From Octopus vulgaris (Eukaryota): DNA of 64,000 nt. Within the stretch, counting starts at the first letter, position 1. The number at the start of each line of letters is the position of its first letter. The stretch is from NCBI GenBank assembly GCA_951406725.2, contig OX597822.1:6324001-6388000 (forward strand), written 5' to 3'. Under the pieces are notes generated by a model, which did no database searches, was not told where the DNA came from, and saw only the letters and a program-made list of their open reading frames with translations. Shown here in pieces: positions 12,950 through 24,509 of the stretch. Position numbers and translations under genes: made by a program.

Positions 12950-14600
12950 GAGCATTCTTTGGAAAACAACTGCAGGATACCAAGGAAACTTCAAATTGTC
13001 GGTCGCTACCTGTACCTTGGAGGTATCATCAAAGGAAGGGCAGAAAGAACAAAGGAAATTTAGAAAGAAGTAACTTTTTTATGGCAAACGAAATCAAATG
13101 TCCCATATTTATCAATTCAAAATGTACAAGCAAAAATAGAAAAAGTACTGAATACTTACGATAAATGTGAAAAACGAGGAAAATACGATTCATTGAAAGG
13201 AATGTTTGACATCACAAACGAAAACAGTGAATGGCTGTACAGTGAGGATAGAAGGTCATATTATCTTAAAATTGAAAGCAAGGCACAGGTAGGGTATGCA
13301 ACTGGAAAGGCAGCCAGTTCCAAAACTATCCACCCACCCAAAAGAGGAAAAGTGTCCTTAACGCCAACTTCAACCAGAGCAGCTCCAGGTTCATCGTCAC
13401 TGAAAATGAATATCAAGAGTGAAAAAAAAATCAGATGAAGAATCCACACAAATAAGGAGGAACTATACCAAAACTAGAACTGCAACCAAGTTAGTAATAT
13501 CTTCCAAGCTATCAACCCAAGAAGCAGCATCAGTTTGTCGACAATTATCTCAAGATGGAATCAATGTCAAGACTCCTTCCCAATCTGGTATTTACTGATC
13601 GACTATTAAAGAAGCTGTTAAACTAAAAGAGATAGTGAAGAAAACACTACATTTAGAAAACTGGTAATTATATTTTGATAGTAAACGTATTACTGACCAA
13701 GAGTTCTTGGTCATTAACTTGGTCACATTTCGATGGTAAACGTATTCATGACCAAATGCTAGATTTAAAGAATGAACAAAGAGAAGTTAAGTTAAAAGCA
13801 ATCCAGTTACCAAAGGGAAAAACCGATACTGTTGTGAAAGGAGTAACAGCTGTTTTAGATGAATAGAATTTATGGAACTGTGTAAAGGTGATTGTCGCCG
13901 ATACAACGAGCGTGAACTGTGTGAAACGAAATGGCATTGTCATTTAGTTCGAAATACTGTTTTCTCAAAAGGGGTTGAAAGAAGAGCAATTTATTGGTTG
14001 TCAACAGCATATCCTTGGTAGAGTTCTTCGTGTTGTAATGGATAACGAACTTGTAGAAAAAGTCATCTCCCAATATTGAATATGCATTCATCCCAGAGCA
14101 TCTAAATAATTACGAGAAGCTCCAGGCTCATTTCAATAATGGTGAAGAAAACATTACGGAATCAACAGGATGACGAGATGACAGGAAACTTCTATTTCAT
14201 TTGACCAGAGTTTTTCGTTTCTTTGACGAAACCAGAAAATATCATACTGTAAAGTTTCAAAAATAACCAACTTAAGTAATGCTTGATGGAATTCTCGGGC
14301 AACACTAGCTCTTTTGGTATTTATTATTCTACCAGAGAAAAGAGTTTTGCTTCTCAATGTCTGTCGATTCATCTCTTACAGCTGGGAAGAATTTTGGTTT
14401 ACTGACCAAATGTCAGTATATCGTAGCCTGCAAGTTCATAAAAAAGCCCTGAACTCTGTAAAAGACGTTTGGAATCGAGAACCGTCAAAAGTGGAAAGTC
14501 CCAGCACAAATTAGAGTGCAGAACCGACTAAATATGCTTTCAAGATCTCTAAGATGTTTGTAAAAAGGAGAAACTTTAGCTTCGATTTATTTTATCGAAC
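12950..14600 (+). pseudogene. Degenerate DDD transposase, Sola2-like
   Basis: Stop/frameshift-broken frames give HFDGK, VADTTSVN..KRNG, GCQQHILGRVL, RDD and SNA*WNSRA, resembling Sola2 motifs (HWDGK, FDTT.sNTG, CRHH, RDDY, ARW). Confidence 0.6.
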
Positions 14601-14857
14601 AAAACATATTAATTGTTTGTTATGTACATATTTCTCTTCAGTACTCTAGATTTAAAAATTTTTGTATATATATATGTTTTTATTTATATTCCTCCACCTA
14701 CCGAAAAAGGAATAATTATCTCCCATGTCGACAATAATAACAATAACCAATTACATCCACTTAGATTTTCTACTTGTTGAATCATTCATTCATAAATTGC
14801 ACACACAACATGGACAAAAAATATTTCTTCAGAAAATACGCATTTAAATAAATTTTA

Positions 14858-14891
14858 ATGTCATGATAGCGAAAGCGAAACCGGTCGACGT
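14858..14891 (+). ncRNA. Degenerate minimal hammerhead motif
   Basis: atgtc ATGAT-A gc(gaaa)gc GAAA ccgg UC gacgt: stems I, II and palindromic III (ACCGGU) intact, CUGAUGA box damaged. Confidence 0.55.
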
Positions 14892-15059
14892 ACACAATAT
14901 AAGATATATTAAAAATTATGTTAAAACTATATAAAGTGAATACATTTTCCTTCTTTAATTTCTTACGTTACAACTCACCACCTGGGGATAATCGAAATTC
15001 AACCCTTTCTGTTACAATACACACACGTACACACACACATACACACACACATATTGATA

Positions 15060-15172
15060 TCAAATTTTTGTCACAAGGGTAGCTTGGATGAGGGGATTAA
15101 GTCGATTACATCAACCCCAGTGTTTCACTGGTACTTAATTCATCGACCCCGAGAGGATGAATGGCAAAGTGA
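15060..15172 (-). mobile_element. SINE family B 3' fragment abutting the PLE
   Basis: AAGTCGATTACATCAACCCCAGT...TCGACCCCGAGAGGATGAATGGCAAAGT matches family B. Confidence 0.75.
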
Positions 15173-16386
15173 ACACAGAGGGCGCTTTCGATGTGAGCAT
15201 GGGTTCATATGATGGGGCAGGCATCTGTGATCTAATTGGACTTTTTCTCCTAGATACCTTAGGTAAGACATTCCCTAACGTACATTTCGCCATCTACAAA
15301 GATGATGCCCTCGCCTTAACAGCTAATACAAATGGACCAGCACAAGATCGTTTTAGGAAGGATATTATCCAGTTAATGAAACACTTCGGACTTAGTATAA
15401 CTATAGATACTAACCTGACGGTTGTCAATTTCTTAGACGTTTCCTTAGATCTTAATAAGAATATTTATAAGCCTTATAGGAAGCCCAATGATAGACTAAG
15501 TTATATTAATGTAGGTTCATGCCATCCCCCTATAGTATTCAAAAATTTAGTTAAAAATATTAGTAAGAGGATTTCTAGCCTCTCATCTGATGAGGACATC
15601 TTCAATAGCGTTGCCCCAGTTTATAATAAGGCTTTAAAAGATAGTGGTTTTAGCGATAAAATAAAATATACACCTATCACTAGCCCAACAGTAAGGAAAA
15701 GGAATAATAGAAATAGGAAAGTCATCTGGTTTACGCCCCCTTACTCACCCGAGGTGGCCTTCAATATAGGTAAATATTTCCTAGCACTGATAGATAGACA
15801 TTTTCCAGTTAACCATACTTATAGGAAACTCTTCAATAGACACAATTTAAAAATTAGTTTTAGTTCAACTACCAATTTTAAAAACATAATCAAACATAAC
15901 ATACAAAAAACACAAGAAGAAAACAGCTGTTCATGCAGGAATAAAGAATTGTGCCCGCTAAATGGAGCTTGCATGTCCAAGACCATCATATATGAAGCTA
16001 CCGTAAACTCTATAACCACTAAAGACACCGTTTCGACGAAGAAATACGTGGGCCTTACAGAGGGTAATTTCAAGGCCAGGTTCAATAACCACACTTTGAG
16101 CTTTAGGCACTGGAACAAAAGAAAAGCGACACAATTATCTAATCATATTTGGTCTTTAAGAGATAAAGGTGTCGATTATAACATACAATGGAAGATTTTG
16201 GCCAGATGTAAGCCCTATACTAACGGCAGCGGAAGGTGCGGTCTATGCGACATGGAGAGATGGCTTATCTGGAAAAGCAGCTTAGACCCTACTACATGTC
16301 TAAATACAAGGACAGAGCTTTTCGGATCATGCCCACATGTGACTAAATTTCTGTTACGTTTTTGGTCCCCTAAAGAAAACAGATAG
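15157..16386 (+). CDS. Penelope-like element ORF, 5'-truncated: RT C-terminal half, thumb and GIY-YIG endonuclease
   Basis: FDVSMGSYDGA, YKDD, VNFLDVSLDL, YKPYRKPND..YINVGSCHPP, IWFTPPY, CSCRNKELCPLNGAC, IIY...YVG..E..FKARFNNH, CGLC; the ATG comes from the upstream SINE, so probably not a native CDS. Confidence 0.9.
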   Translation: MNGKVNTEGAFDVSMGSYDGAGICDLIGLFLLDTLGKTFPNVHFAIYKDDALALTANTNGPAQDRFRKDIIQLMKHFGLSITIDTNLTVVNFLDVSLDLNKNIYKPYRKPNDRLSYINVGSCHPPIVFKNLVKNISKRISSLSSDEDIFNSVAPVYNKALKDSGFSDKIKYTPITSPTVRKRNNRNRKVIWFTPPYSPEVAFNIGKYFLALIDRHFPVNHTYRKLFNRHNLKISFSSTTNFKNIIKHNIQKTQEENSCSCRNKELCPLNGACMSKTIIYEATVNSITTKDTVSTKKYVGLTEGNFKARFNNHTLSFRHWNKRKATQLSNHIWSLRDKGVDYNIQWKILARCKPYTNGSGRCGLCDMERWLIWKSSLDPTTCLNTRTELFGSCPHVTKFLLRFWSPKENR

Positions 16387-16755
16387 AACATGCTTTCTAT
16401 GTTATGTCCCAAGAAGAATTTATATATTTTTATATATTTTTTATATATTTTTTTATGTATTTTTATATAATTTTTACATAATTTTTATGACGAAAAATGC
16501 GAGCGATGTATAAGTACGCAGGCAAGCAGAGTTATAACAGAGTAATTTCCCTTTATTTAACGGTATTTTTTCATAACGTTTTCAAATAGCCAGATAACCG
16601 AAGGGATGGTGTTGTGGATTTCCACTTCGGCATCTGAAACTCAGAGTTCTATCTTGACTACCGAGTAATGTAACATATTGTATAGATAAATTTCCTCTAT
16701 TTACATAATATTGAGGTCTCTTTCTTTCTTTTGTTATCTTACCGTTTTATCAATA
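15173..16755 (+). mobile_element. Penelope-like retroelement copy including 3' pLTR
   Basis: RT-GIY-YIG ORF followed by an AT-rich UTR with a hammerhead-like motif, ending at (TA)n. Confidence 0.85.
16592..16654 (+). ncRNA. Variant/degenerate hammerhead motif in PLE pLTR
   Basis: agataa CCGAAGG gatg..catc t GAAA cucagag UU ctatct; U4->C, A9 missing or substituted. Confidence 0.55.
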
Positions 16756-17215
16756 TATGTGTATATATATATATTCAAATAAAGGTAATAAATTACAATA
16801 AGGGATAATAAAATCCAATGAAAATACTAGTTAGTTACCAATTCATAGAAGGTTCAACTATATGGTAAGTGTATGAACTGTGGTTCGTATATTTATATAT
16901 TTAAAGAATGAGAAAATGGAGGGGTAATTGATAAAATATTATTTATTTTCCTGCTTCCTTTTCCTTTTCCTTCTTCGCAATACCATTTAATATTATATTA
17001 ATCTGTTTTTCTTTTATTTAAGACACAAAATATACACTACCTGTTCCTCGATATTGGATAGTGGAATTATTATTTTATATCTTGTATTTTCTATTCACAA
17101 ATACATGTGCTTTTCTGCTTCCATATTTTCTTCTCTTTTTCTCTTTCTTTTCTCTTTCTCAATACCCTATGACTATATTAATCTCTTCTTTTTTTCTTTA
17201 AGATATATAATAATA

Positions 17216-17726
17216 CTAGCAGTATCGCCCGGCGTTGCTCGGGTTTGTAAGGGAAATAACTATATAAGCATTTTAGAGAGTTACTTCCCTTATAGATGCC
17301 GATTCGGGCTTTCTTAGCCATTCCTGTATTGGTGTCTTCAAGCCATGAAGTCGTTGTTCTAAAAGAACGCTGGTCTCCTTGACAACGCATTACGACGTTG
17401 ATTTCCTTAAACTCCCTTCCCCACAGCTTCACGAGGGAGGGGAGAAGAAGGAGAAGCAAACAGGTGCAGGTGTGACCATGGACGCCAACTCCGCCGCCAT
17501 CGGCACACGAAAAATTATGCATTAAAATGGAATAAAAAATGATGTTAAATTATTTTTAAAATCGTAGACTCATCGTAGACGCGCGCTAATAGCCAGACGG
17601 GCTCGATATTAATCACGACTATAAGATACCCGAATTTGGTTAAACTGCACCGCAAAATGTGGGAGGAGTTAGGAATCTAAATCGTAGGAGACAGACAGCA
17701 CACAACTACAGTTTTATATATATAGA
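17216..17726 (-). mobile_element. Non-autonomous Helitron
   Basis: Minus strand A|TCTATATATATAAAAC...CCCGAGCAACGCCGGG (hairpin) CGATACTGCTAG|T: TC start, CTAG end, A/T target, no TSD. Confidence 0.85.
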
Positions 17727-18007
17727 TATACTACATTCTTCCCTTAGATTACATTGGTTCCTTCTGCAACCGGCTCTTTTTGTATATTTGCTATGCGTTA
17801 ACGGTTTCATAGCCGTTATCTCAACATGCACTTCTAATCGGTGTATCCTTAATAGCCCTGAAGAAATTCCTCTGAAGTACCTCTGAAGAAATGATTTTAA
17901 TTTTATAAATTAATTATGTAAAGATTTCTGAATCGAAAGTGCTGTCAGAGTTGTTGGCATATTTTATAATTAATAATTTCATTAATTATCTCTCCATATT
18001 CTTTATA

Positions 18008-18018
18008 AATATACATAT

Positions 18019-18113
<95 letters not shown>

Positions 18114-18242
18114 CCACGGTTTATATGGTTATCGTAAATTTGATCTTTCTATATAGATTTGTAACTAACCAGTATTTTCATTGGATTTATGATCCCTTAA
18201 TACGGTTTACTACCTTTACTTTATATATGTATATATATATAT

Positions 18243-18298
<56 letters not shown>

Positions 18299-18726
18299 AA
18301 AGAGAGAGAGGGAGAGAGTGCGAGAAAGAGCGAGAGAGGGAGAGAGACCCAGGTAGCGGTGGTGGTTGTGTGTTGATATTGAAAAGTTTCTTATAGGCAT
18401 AAGTGCTTACTTAAAAAATTGATATTTGTTTAAAAGGGTTAATTTAGTCTAAATTCTAGATTCACAAGAAACACGACTGCAAGCTGCCCAAGAAAGGATC
18501 CGGTGAAACAGAACACGGATCACAGAGGAACACTACGAAGATATAACAAAAAGGGGAAAAAGACAATACCGACAGATACGTGAGGAAATGAATGTAGATG
18601 AAAGTCAAGAATATTTGAAGATAGCTAAACTATGAATGTTATAAAAATGCAAATCATCGTTTCTGTCTTATGTGGGTCGTCTTAATTCTTTTCCATCCCA
18701 TGCAATTTACACGGGTCCTAATAGTA

Positions 18727-18774
<48 letters not shown>

Positions 18775-18791
18775 CACACACACATACATGC

Positions 18792-18870
<79 letters not shown>

Positions 18871-19282
18871 AAATAGAAAGATGAATAATCTTGTTGCAGA
18901 TTAATCAAAAGTTTAACCGATACCTTGGTAGCAAAAATCACAGCAGAAGACAGCACGGTTGGAGGTACAACCATATGGTGTTGCAACCGTGCGTTGGTGC
19001 GGATAATTGAATTTTAATATTATTAGTGAATTGAATTTTAATATTATTAGTGAATTGAAGAAATGGAGTTGAACTCCATTTCGTTCAACTCCATTTCTTC
19101 AATTCACTAATAATATTATATATATATATGTATATATATATATGTATGTATATACATATCTAATATTACATCACAAATGCTTGGATAATTATAAATATAT
19201 ATATTTTATATACATTATATATTCAATAGGAAAATATATGAATAACATTATATATACATAACATTATACACATGCGTATACA

Positions 19283-19362
<80 letters not shown>

Positions 19363-19366
19363 ACTA

Positions 19367-19420
<54 letters not shown>

Positions 19421-19558
19421 CATGTAGATATATCTCTCTATATATATATGTGTGCGTATGCATATATATATATGTGTGTGTATATATGTATATATATATA
19501 TATATGGATGTGCATATATATATATATGTGTGTATATATATATGTATATATATATGGA

Positions 19559-19613
<55 letters not shown>

Positions 19614-19625
19614 ATAAATATATAC
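18008..19625. repeat. Cluster of (TA)n, (TATC)n and (GA)n microsatellites
   Basis: Several tracts (18010-18110, 18225-18350, 18735-18870, 19283-19625) separated by short unique or repeat pieces. Confidence 0.9.
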
Positions 19626-20195
19626 TTTTTTCTTAAAACAAATATAAAATTCGGCGATTAGATATAAAAATAAAACGATGCAGAAAGTCATATTTCTTAG
19701 AATTATTGAAACCTGCATCACATTTTATCATTTATAATTCAACCTTTCTTTAACCATTGCCAAACTGAAACACGTTTCCTTAAATTGTAGCGATTATATA
19801 GCGTCTCCAATATAATTACTAGATTAGCTCAAAAAATCTCTAACAAGATATTTTCACTGAAGTTGAAATATTGCAAACTTCATATGATTTTTTTCACTTC
19901 TTTGTATGTCTAGGAAGTGTGACAGTAGAAATCTAGTCATAAACAAAAATTGAATGATTTTGTTTTAATGAGTGAAAGTATGGTTGCATGTTTAAGAAGT
20001 TCACTTCGCTAATGTACGGTTCTAGTTTCGATTCCACTGCGTGAGAACGATTTTCCTATCGTGCCGTATGCGTTATGTAAATATACTCACAGACACATAT
20101 GCATGTATGTATGTATGTATGTATGTATGTATGTATGTATGTATGTATGTATGTATGTATGTATGTATGCATGTATGTATGTATGAATATACGTA

Positions 20196-20800
20196 CAAGG
20201 GAAGTCAAAAATTATCCATACTTTCGTCTTAACATATTTTTATTATTGTTACACTTCTTTTGAGCATGCGCGCTTATAGTTAATATCTTTGTGGTAATGT
20301 GATCGAAGTTAGAAGCTGATTGCATCATTCTTCTTTTTTGTTTCACAGTCTAAGCATGGTCGCTCCACTAGCAAATTGCAGCAAAGATGAACAATGAGCA
20401 ATGATCCAATTCCTCTGGAAAAAGGGATCTACGATCAACAGTGCAAAATACAATGCTTTGCTAGCCAACAAACTGAAGCAAGCAATTAGCACCAAACGCC
20501 GAAACCTACTGTCGAAGAGAATTTTGCTACTGCATGATAATGCACGCCCAAACACGGCCGCCCAGACCGTTTAAACGATTGACCAATTGGGTTACGAGGT
20601 GATGGAACATCCTGCCTAGAGCCCAGATTTCGCCTCTTCCTTCTATCGTATCCTTGGACTGCTCAGAGATGGTTTACCAGATCGTCGATTTTCTAGTGGT
20701 GAAGATATAAAGGAAGCGATGCATAAGTCGTTGCACGACCAACCGAAGAACTACGCAAGATTGTGGACCGCCGGACCAAGTGCGTCGTAAAGGAATGAGA
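20196..20800 (+). mobile_element. Internally deleted mariner transposon relic
   Basis: TA|CAAGGGAAGTCAAAAATTATCC terminus; MVAPLANCSKDEQ*AMIQFL joined to ILLLHDNARPNTA and EHPA*SPDFA; truncated by SINE A at 20801. Confidence 0.85.
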
Positions 20801-21224
20801 CTCTCTTTACTCTCTTTTTACTCTTTTACTTGTTTCAGTCATTTGACTGCGGCCATGCTGGAGCACCGCCTTTAGTCGAGCAAATCGACCCCGGGACTTA
20901 TTCTTTGGTAAGCCCAGTACTTATTCTATCGGTCTCTTTTGCCGAACCGCTAAGTGACGGGGACGTAAACACACCAGCATCGGTTGTCAAGCAATGCTAG
21001 GGAGACAAACACAGACACACAAACATATACACACACACTTATATATATATATACATATATACGATAGGCTTCTTTCAGTTTCCGTCTACCAAATCCACTC
21101 ACAAGGCATTGGTCGGCCCGGGGCTATAGCAGAAGACACTTGCCCAAGATGCCACGCAGTGGGACTGAACCTGGAACCATGTGGTTGGTTAGCAAGCTAC
21201 TTACCACACAGCCACTCCTGCGCC
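20801..21224 (-). mobile_element. SINE family A (full length)
   Basis: Near-identical to 1593-1998. Confidence 0.9.
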
Positions 21225-21539
21225 TATAGAAGTTTTTAAAAGACTTTCATCTAGTTAAAAACCACGAAATTTTATCTGTAGATTTGGTTGTAAAATTTGT
21301 CATTGCGATTGGTATGACATGGTTACCATTTAAACGTAGACGCATAAACACTTCAAAAATATTACTTGAAATAAACATATAATATTGGAAAACAAACAAA
21401 GAAAAATAATATTCGATTTTTTATTTCGAAAACATATATTCTTAGATTAAAAAAAAACACTTGTTTTTATAAAACTATATACTTTTCATATCCTGGGTCT
21501 CTGGATTTAGAGACGTGCCAACATTTCTTATTTAAAAAG

Positions 21540-22092
21540 TAAGTTACTTAACCGGGAAGGCAAGGCAGTCGTCATCGTACTTTTGGCTATAGTGAAAGAA
21601 TGTATGTGCTGGACTCGAGCGAAAAGTTTAGAGACAAGCACTTACCTCTCTGGCCAATCGCTCATCAACTTTTTCAAGTTCCACTTGAAAACGTGGGTAA
21701 GAATAGAGAGGCTAGTTTTGTCTCGTGAAAGTTTCAATAAAAGGTGGGTGAATGTAGCAAAGATGGTACGTGCGAGTGACGAAACCACTCTGAGCATGAT
21801 CCTAAAAATCGAAAAAAGTGAGAGAGCACTTTGCTCTCATGTGTTTATTCCCTCCCTGCCTGAGGTTATCGTGGTCTTTTCCGTAGGCTTTTCTTTCCAC
21901 AGATAAACCTTATCTTGCTTTTTACATTTTTAATATTATCTGTGATCCACGATCCATTTTGATCGTTTTTTTCTTTCACGATCCCTTTTGATCGGAACTT
22001 TATTTTTCTCCTTTCTTTTCTATTTTCGAAAAGAAAAGCTCTACATTGTATTTTGTCTCCTCTGAGTTCGGCCCTATGTGGCTAATAAAGAA
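21540..22092 (+). mobile_element. Tx1/L1-type LINE 3' fragment (ORF2 C-terminus and 3' UTR)
   Basis: REGKAVVIVLLAIVKECMCWTRAK...FKFHLKTWVRIER...FNKRW resembles the AK..IW..R / F...W C-terminus of L1/Tx1 ORF2; homologous to 53340-53970; ends AATAAAGAA. Confidence 0.6.
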
Positions 22093-22093
22093 C

Positions 22094-22191
<98 letters not shown>

Positions 22192-22630
22192 GCCATTAAA
22201 CACATCAGAAATTGAAAATGATTTGGCGCCTGCCTTCTTGTAAACAGTTCGAATTTTATAGACATTTCTTCAAAAGGTTACGGACATGAACATAGGAAAA
22301 CTCTGTAATTAAAAATAAGATGATAAAATTGTAACACAGTCGTGTCTTTAATGAAATATGGCAGAAAAAAGGTCTAAGCTTGCCACAGACCTTACATAGT
22401 TTCTAAAAGCATAGCAGTAAACGCCATAAGCTTGCAACCGAACGTGAAGAGGTTGTGGGAAGCCAAATTTATTTACTGGATGTCAATACTATTCACCTGT
22501 GATAAGAGAGAACAATAGCTTAAGGTTGATAGCTTGAAACAGGTGACCTACTTCTCTGAACATACCACTGTGACCAAATTCCATCCTCTTTCCCTCTCTT
22601 TTCTTCTCCTTTCATTTTTCTTTGTGGCAG

Positions 22631-22707
22631 GTGATTTGTTTCGGTTCAGAAGATATCATTGCAAGGGTCGTTCTCAATATATTTCCAGTCAATCAATCAA
22701 TCGATTG
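22631..22707 (+). other. Candidate 77-nt exon
   Basis: About 45-nt polypyrimidine tract + CAG|G acceptor, TTG|GTAAGA donor; two open frames; no homology recognised. Confidence 0.35.
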
Positions 22708-22764
22708 GTAAGACTGAACTATCTACGCCCCCAAATGCATATCTGAAACGAATAAATAAATGTA

Positions 22765-23750
22765 CGAGGTGTGATCAATAAATATCCGGACTGGTGCTAT
22801 AAGAACAAAACTGCAACGAGTACCAATTTGCCATGATTGGTAATTATTGGGATAATCAGCTGCTGCATCGCTACATTCTTCCTTTCAAGCAAGATTTGTT
22901 TTTTAGAAAGAGGAAAAAGTCGCAAGGGGCGAGATCTGGGGAATACGGTGGCTGTCGCACCTGAGGAATACTGTTACATTGCTTCGATTTATTCGTGCTT
23001 TATTCGGTCTCAGAAAGGTGGGGGTCCTTCACTGCAAAGACTGAGCCTTTGCTTCAAGGTCATAGCTATAGACACACGATTCATCACTAGTTATGACCGT
23101 TTTCAAAATGTCTGCATTGTTCTCGACACAATCAAAGAGATCTTGTGCAACGGAAACCCGAGTGTCTATTTAGTGAGCTGAAAGCAGTTTGGTCACAAAC
23201 TTGGCAGACGCGCATCTCATACCCAAATTTTCATTGATAATGGACTGAACTTAACCGTAACTAATCTGCACATCCTCTGATAACTCACGGATGGTGATTA
23301 GACCATTTCCCCTCATAGCTGCACACACACATCTGCAATGTTTTTCTCAGTTCTGCTGGTTACGAGTCACCCAGAACCTTCGTCACTAACGACATTTTCC
23401 CGGCCATCTTAGAAACCTCTGAAACATTCGTACATTTGTGTGCAGCCCATACACTCCTATCCATGCACTTTCTACAAGTTTGTATAGGCCCCAGAACAGG
23501 TGTCACCAAACTTTTCGCAAAATTTCATGCAGATTCTTTGCTCAGCTTTCTCTGTCGTGGTTAATGCGTCGATCACACGATACACACATTCCTTCCAAGC
23601 ATTGCTGTAAGCAGCGGAAGTGAGCAAGAACGTTAAAACTTAGAGCACATACACAGCAGAGTTCAAGGTCAATCTGTGCTAAGCGGCTTCACTCTGAGTA
23701 TTTACCAACGTGACCACCACTCCTCGATGATTTTCATCTGCTGCTGACAT
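22765..23750 (-). mobile_element. Mariner transposon relic
   Basis: Minus strand EQRICMKFCEK, SAKFVTKLL, VITSDESCVYSYD, PPYSPDLAPCDFFLF with stops and a deletion; terminus TA|CGAGGTGTGATCAA. Confidence 0.85.
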
Positions 23751-23899
23751 ATTTCTGTGTTTTTAGCATTATACGTCAATTAGAGATGCTTTCTCAAGAC
23801 AAATACTGCATTTTAACAGGCTTTCAACAATACATCAGATTTAACTAGGATATATAGATTACTATTACTACGTCCGTCGCTAATAACGAACAATGATCC

Positions 23900-23912
23900 A
23901 ACACATACATAT

Positions 23913-23943
<31 letters not shown>

Positions 23944-24288
23944 CATACATACATACATACATACGTACATACGTACATACATAAATACATACATACACAT
24001 ACATATATACATACGTACATACATACATACATACGTACATACATACATACATACATACGTACGTACATACATACATACATATATACATACATACATACGT
24101 ATATGCATACATACATACGTACATACATACATACATACATACATACATACATACATACGTACATACATACATACGTACATACATACATACATACGTACGT
24201 ACGTACATACATACATACATACATACATACATACATACATACATACATACATACATACATACATACATACGTATGTACATACATACAT
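23900..24288. repeat. (TACA)n microsatellite with TACG variants
   Basis: About 390 bp, direct reading. Confidence 0.95.
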
Positions 24289-24509
24289 TCGTAGACCCTG
24301 TTGTTTTAAATTCCAATGAAGGAACCTTGAATCTTGGTTAGAAACCGATTCTGATTCTGTTGGCAAAAAATCTTGAAATAAAACTGAACAGTGACATAAA
24401 TACATAGAAACAAATTTACACAAAGTTAACAGGTGAGATCTAGCTATGCCCAATATCGAACACACGTAGTAGAGCTCAAAAGATTTGAAATTATTCTCCG
24501 AAGTCTTTA

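Noticed and set aside
17881-17950. CTGAAGA...GAAAGTGCTGTCAGAG possible hammerhead
   Set aside because: Stems I and III are mismatched; too degraded to call
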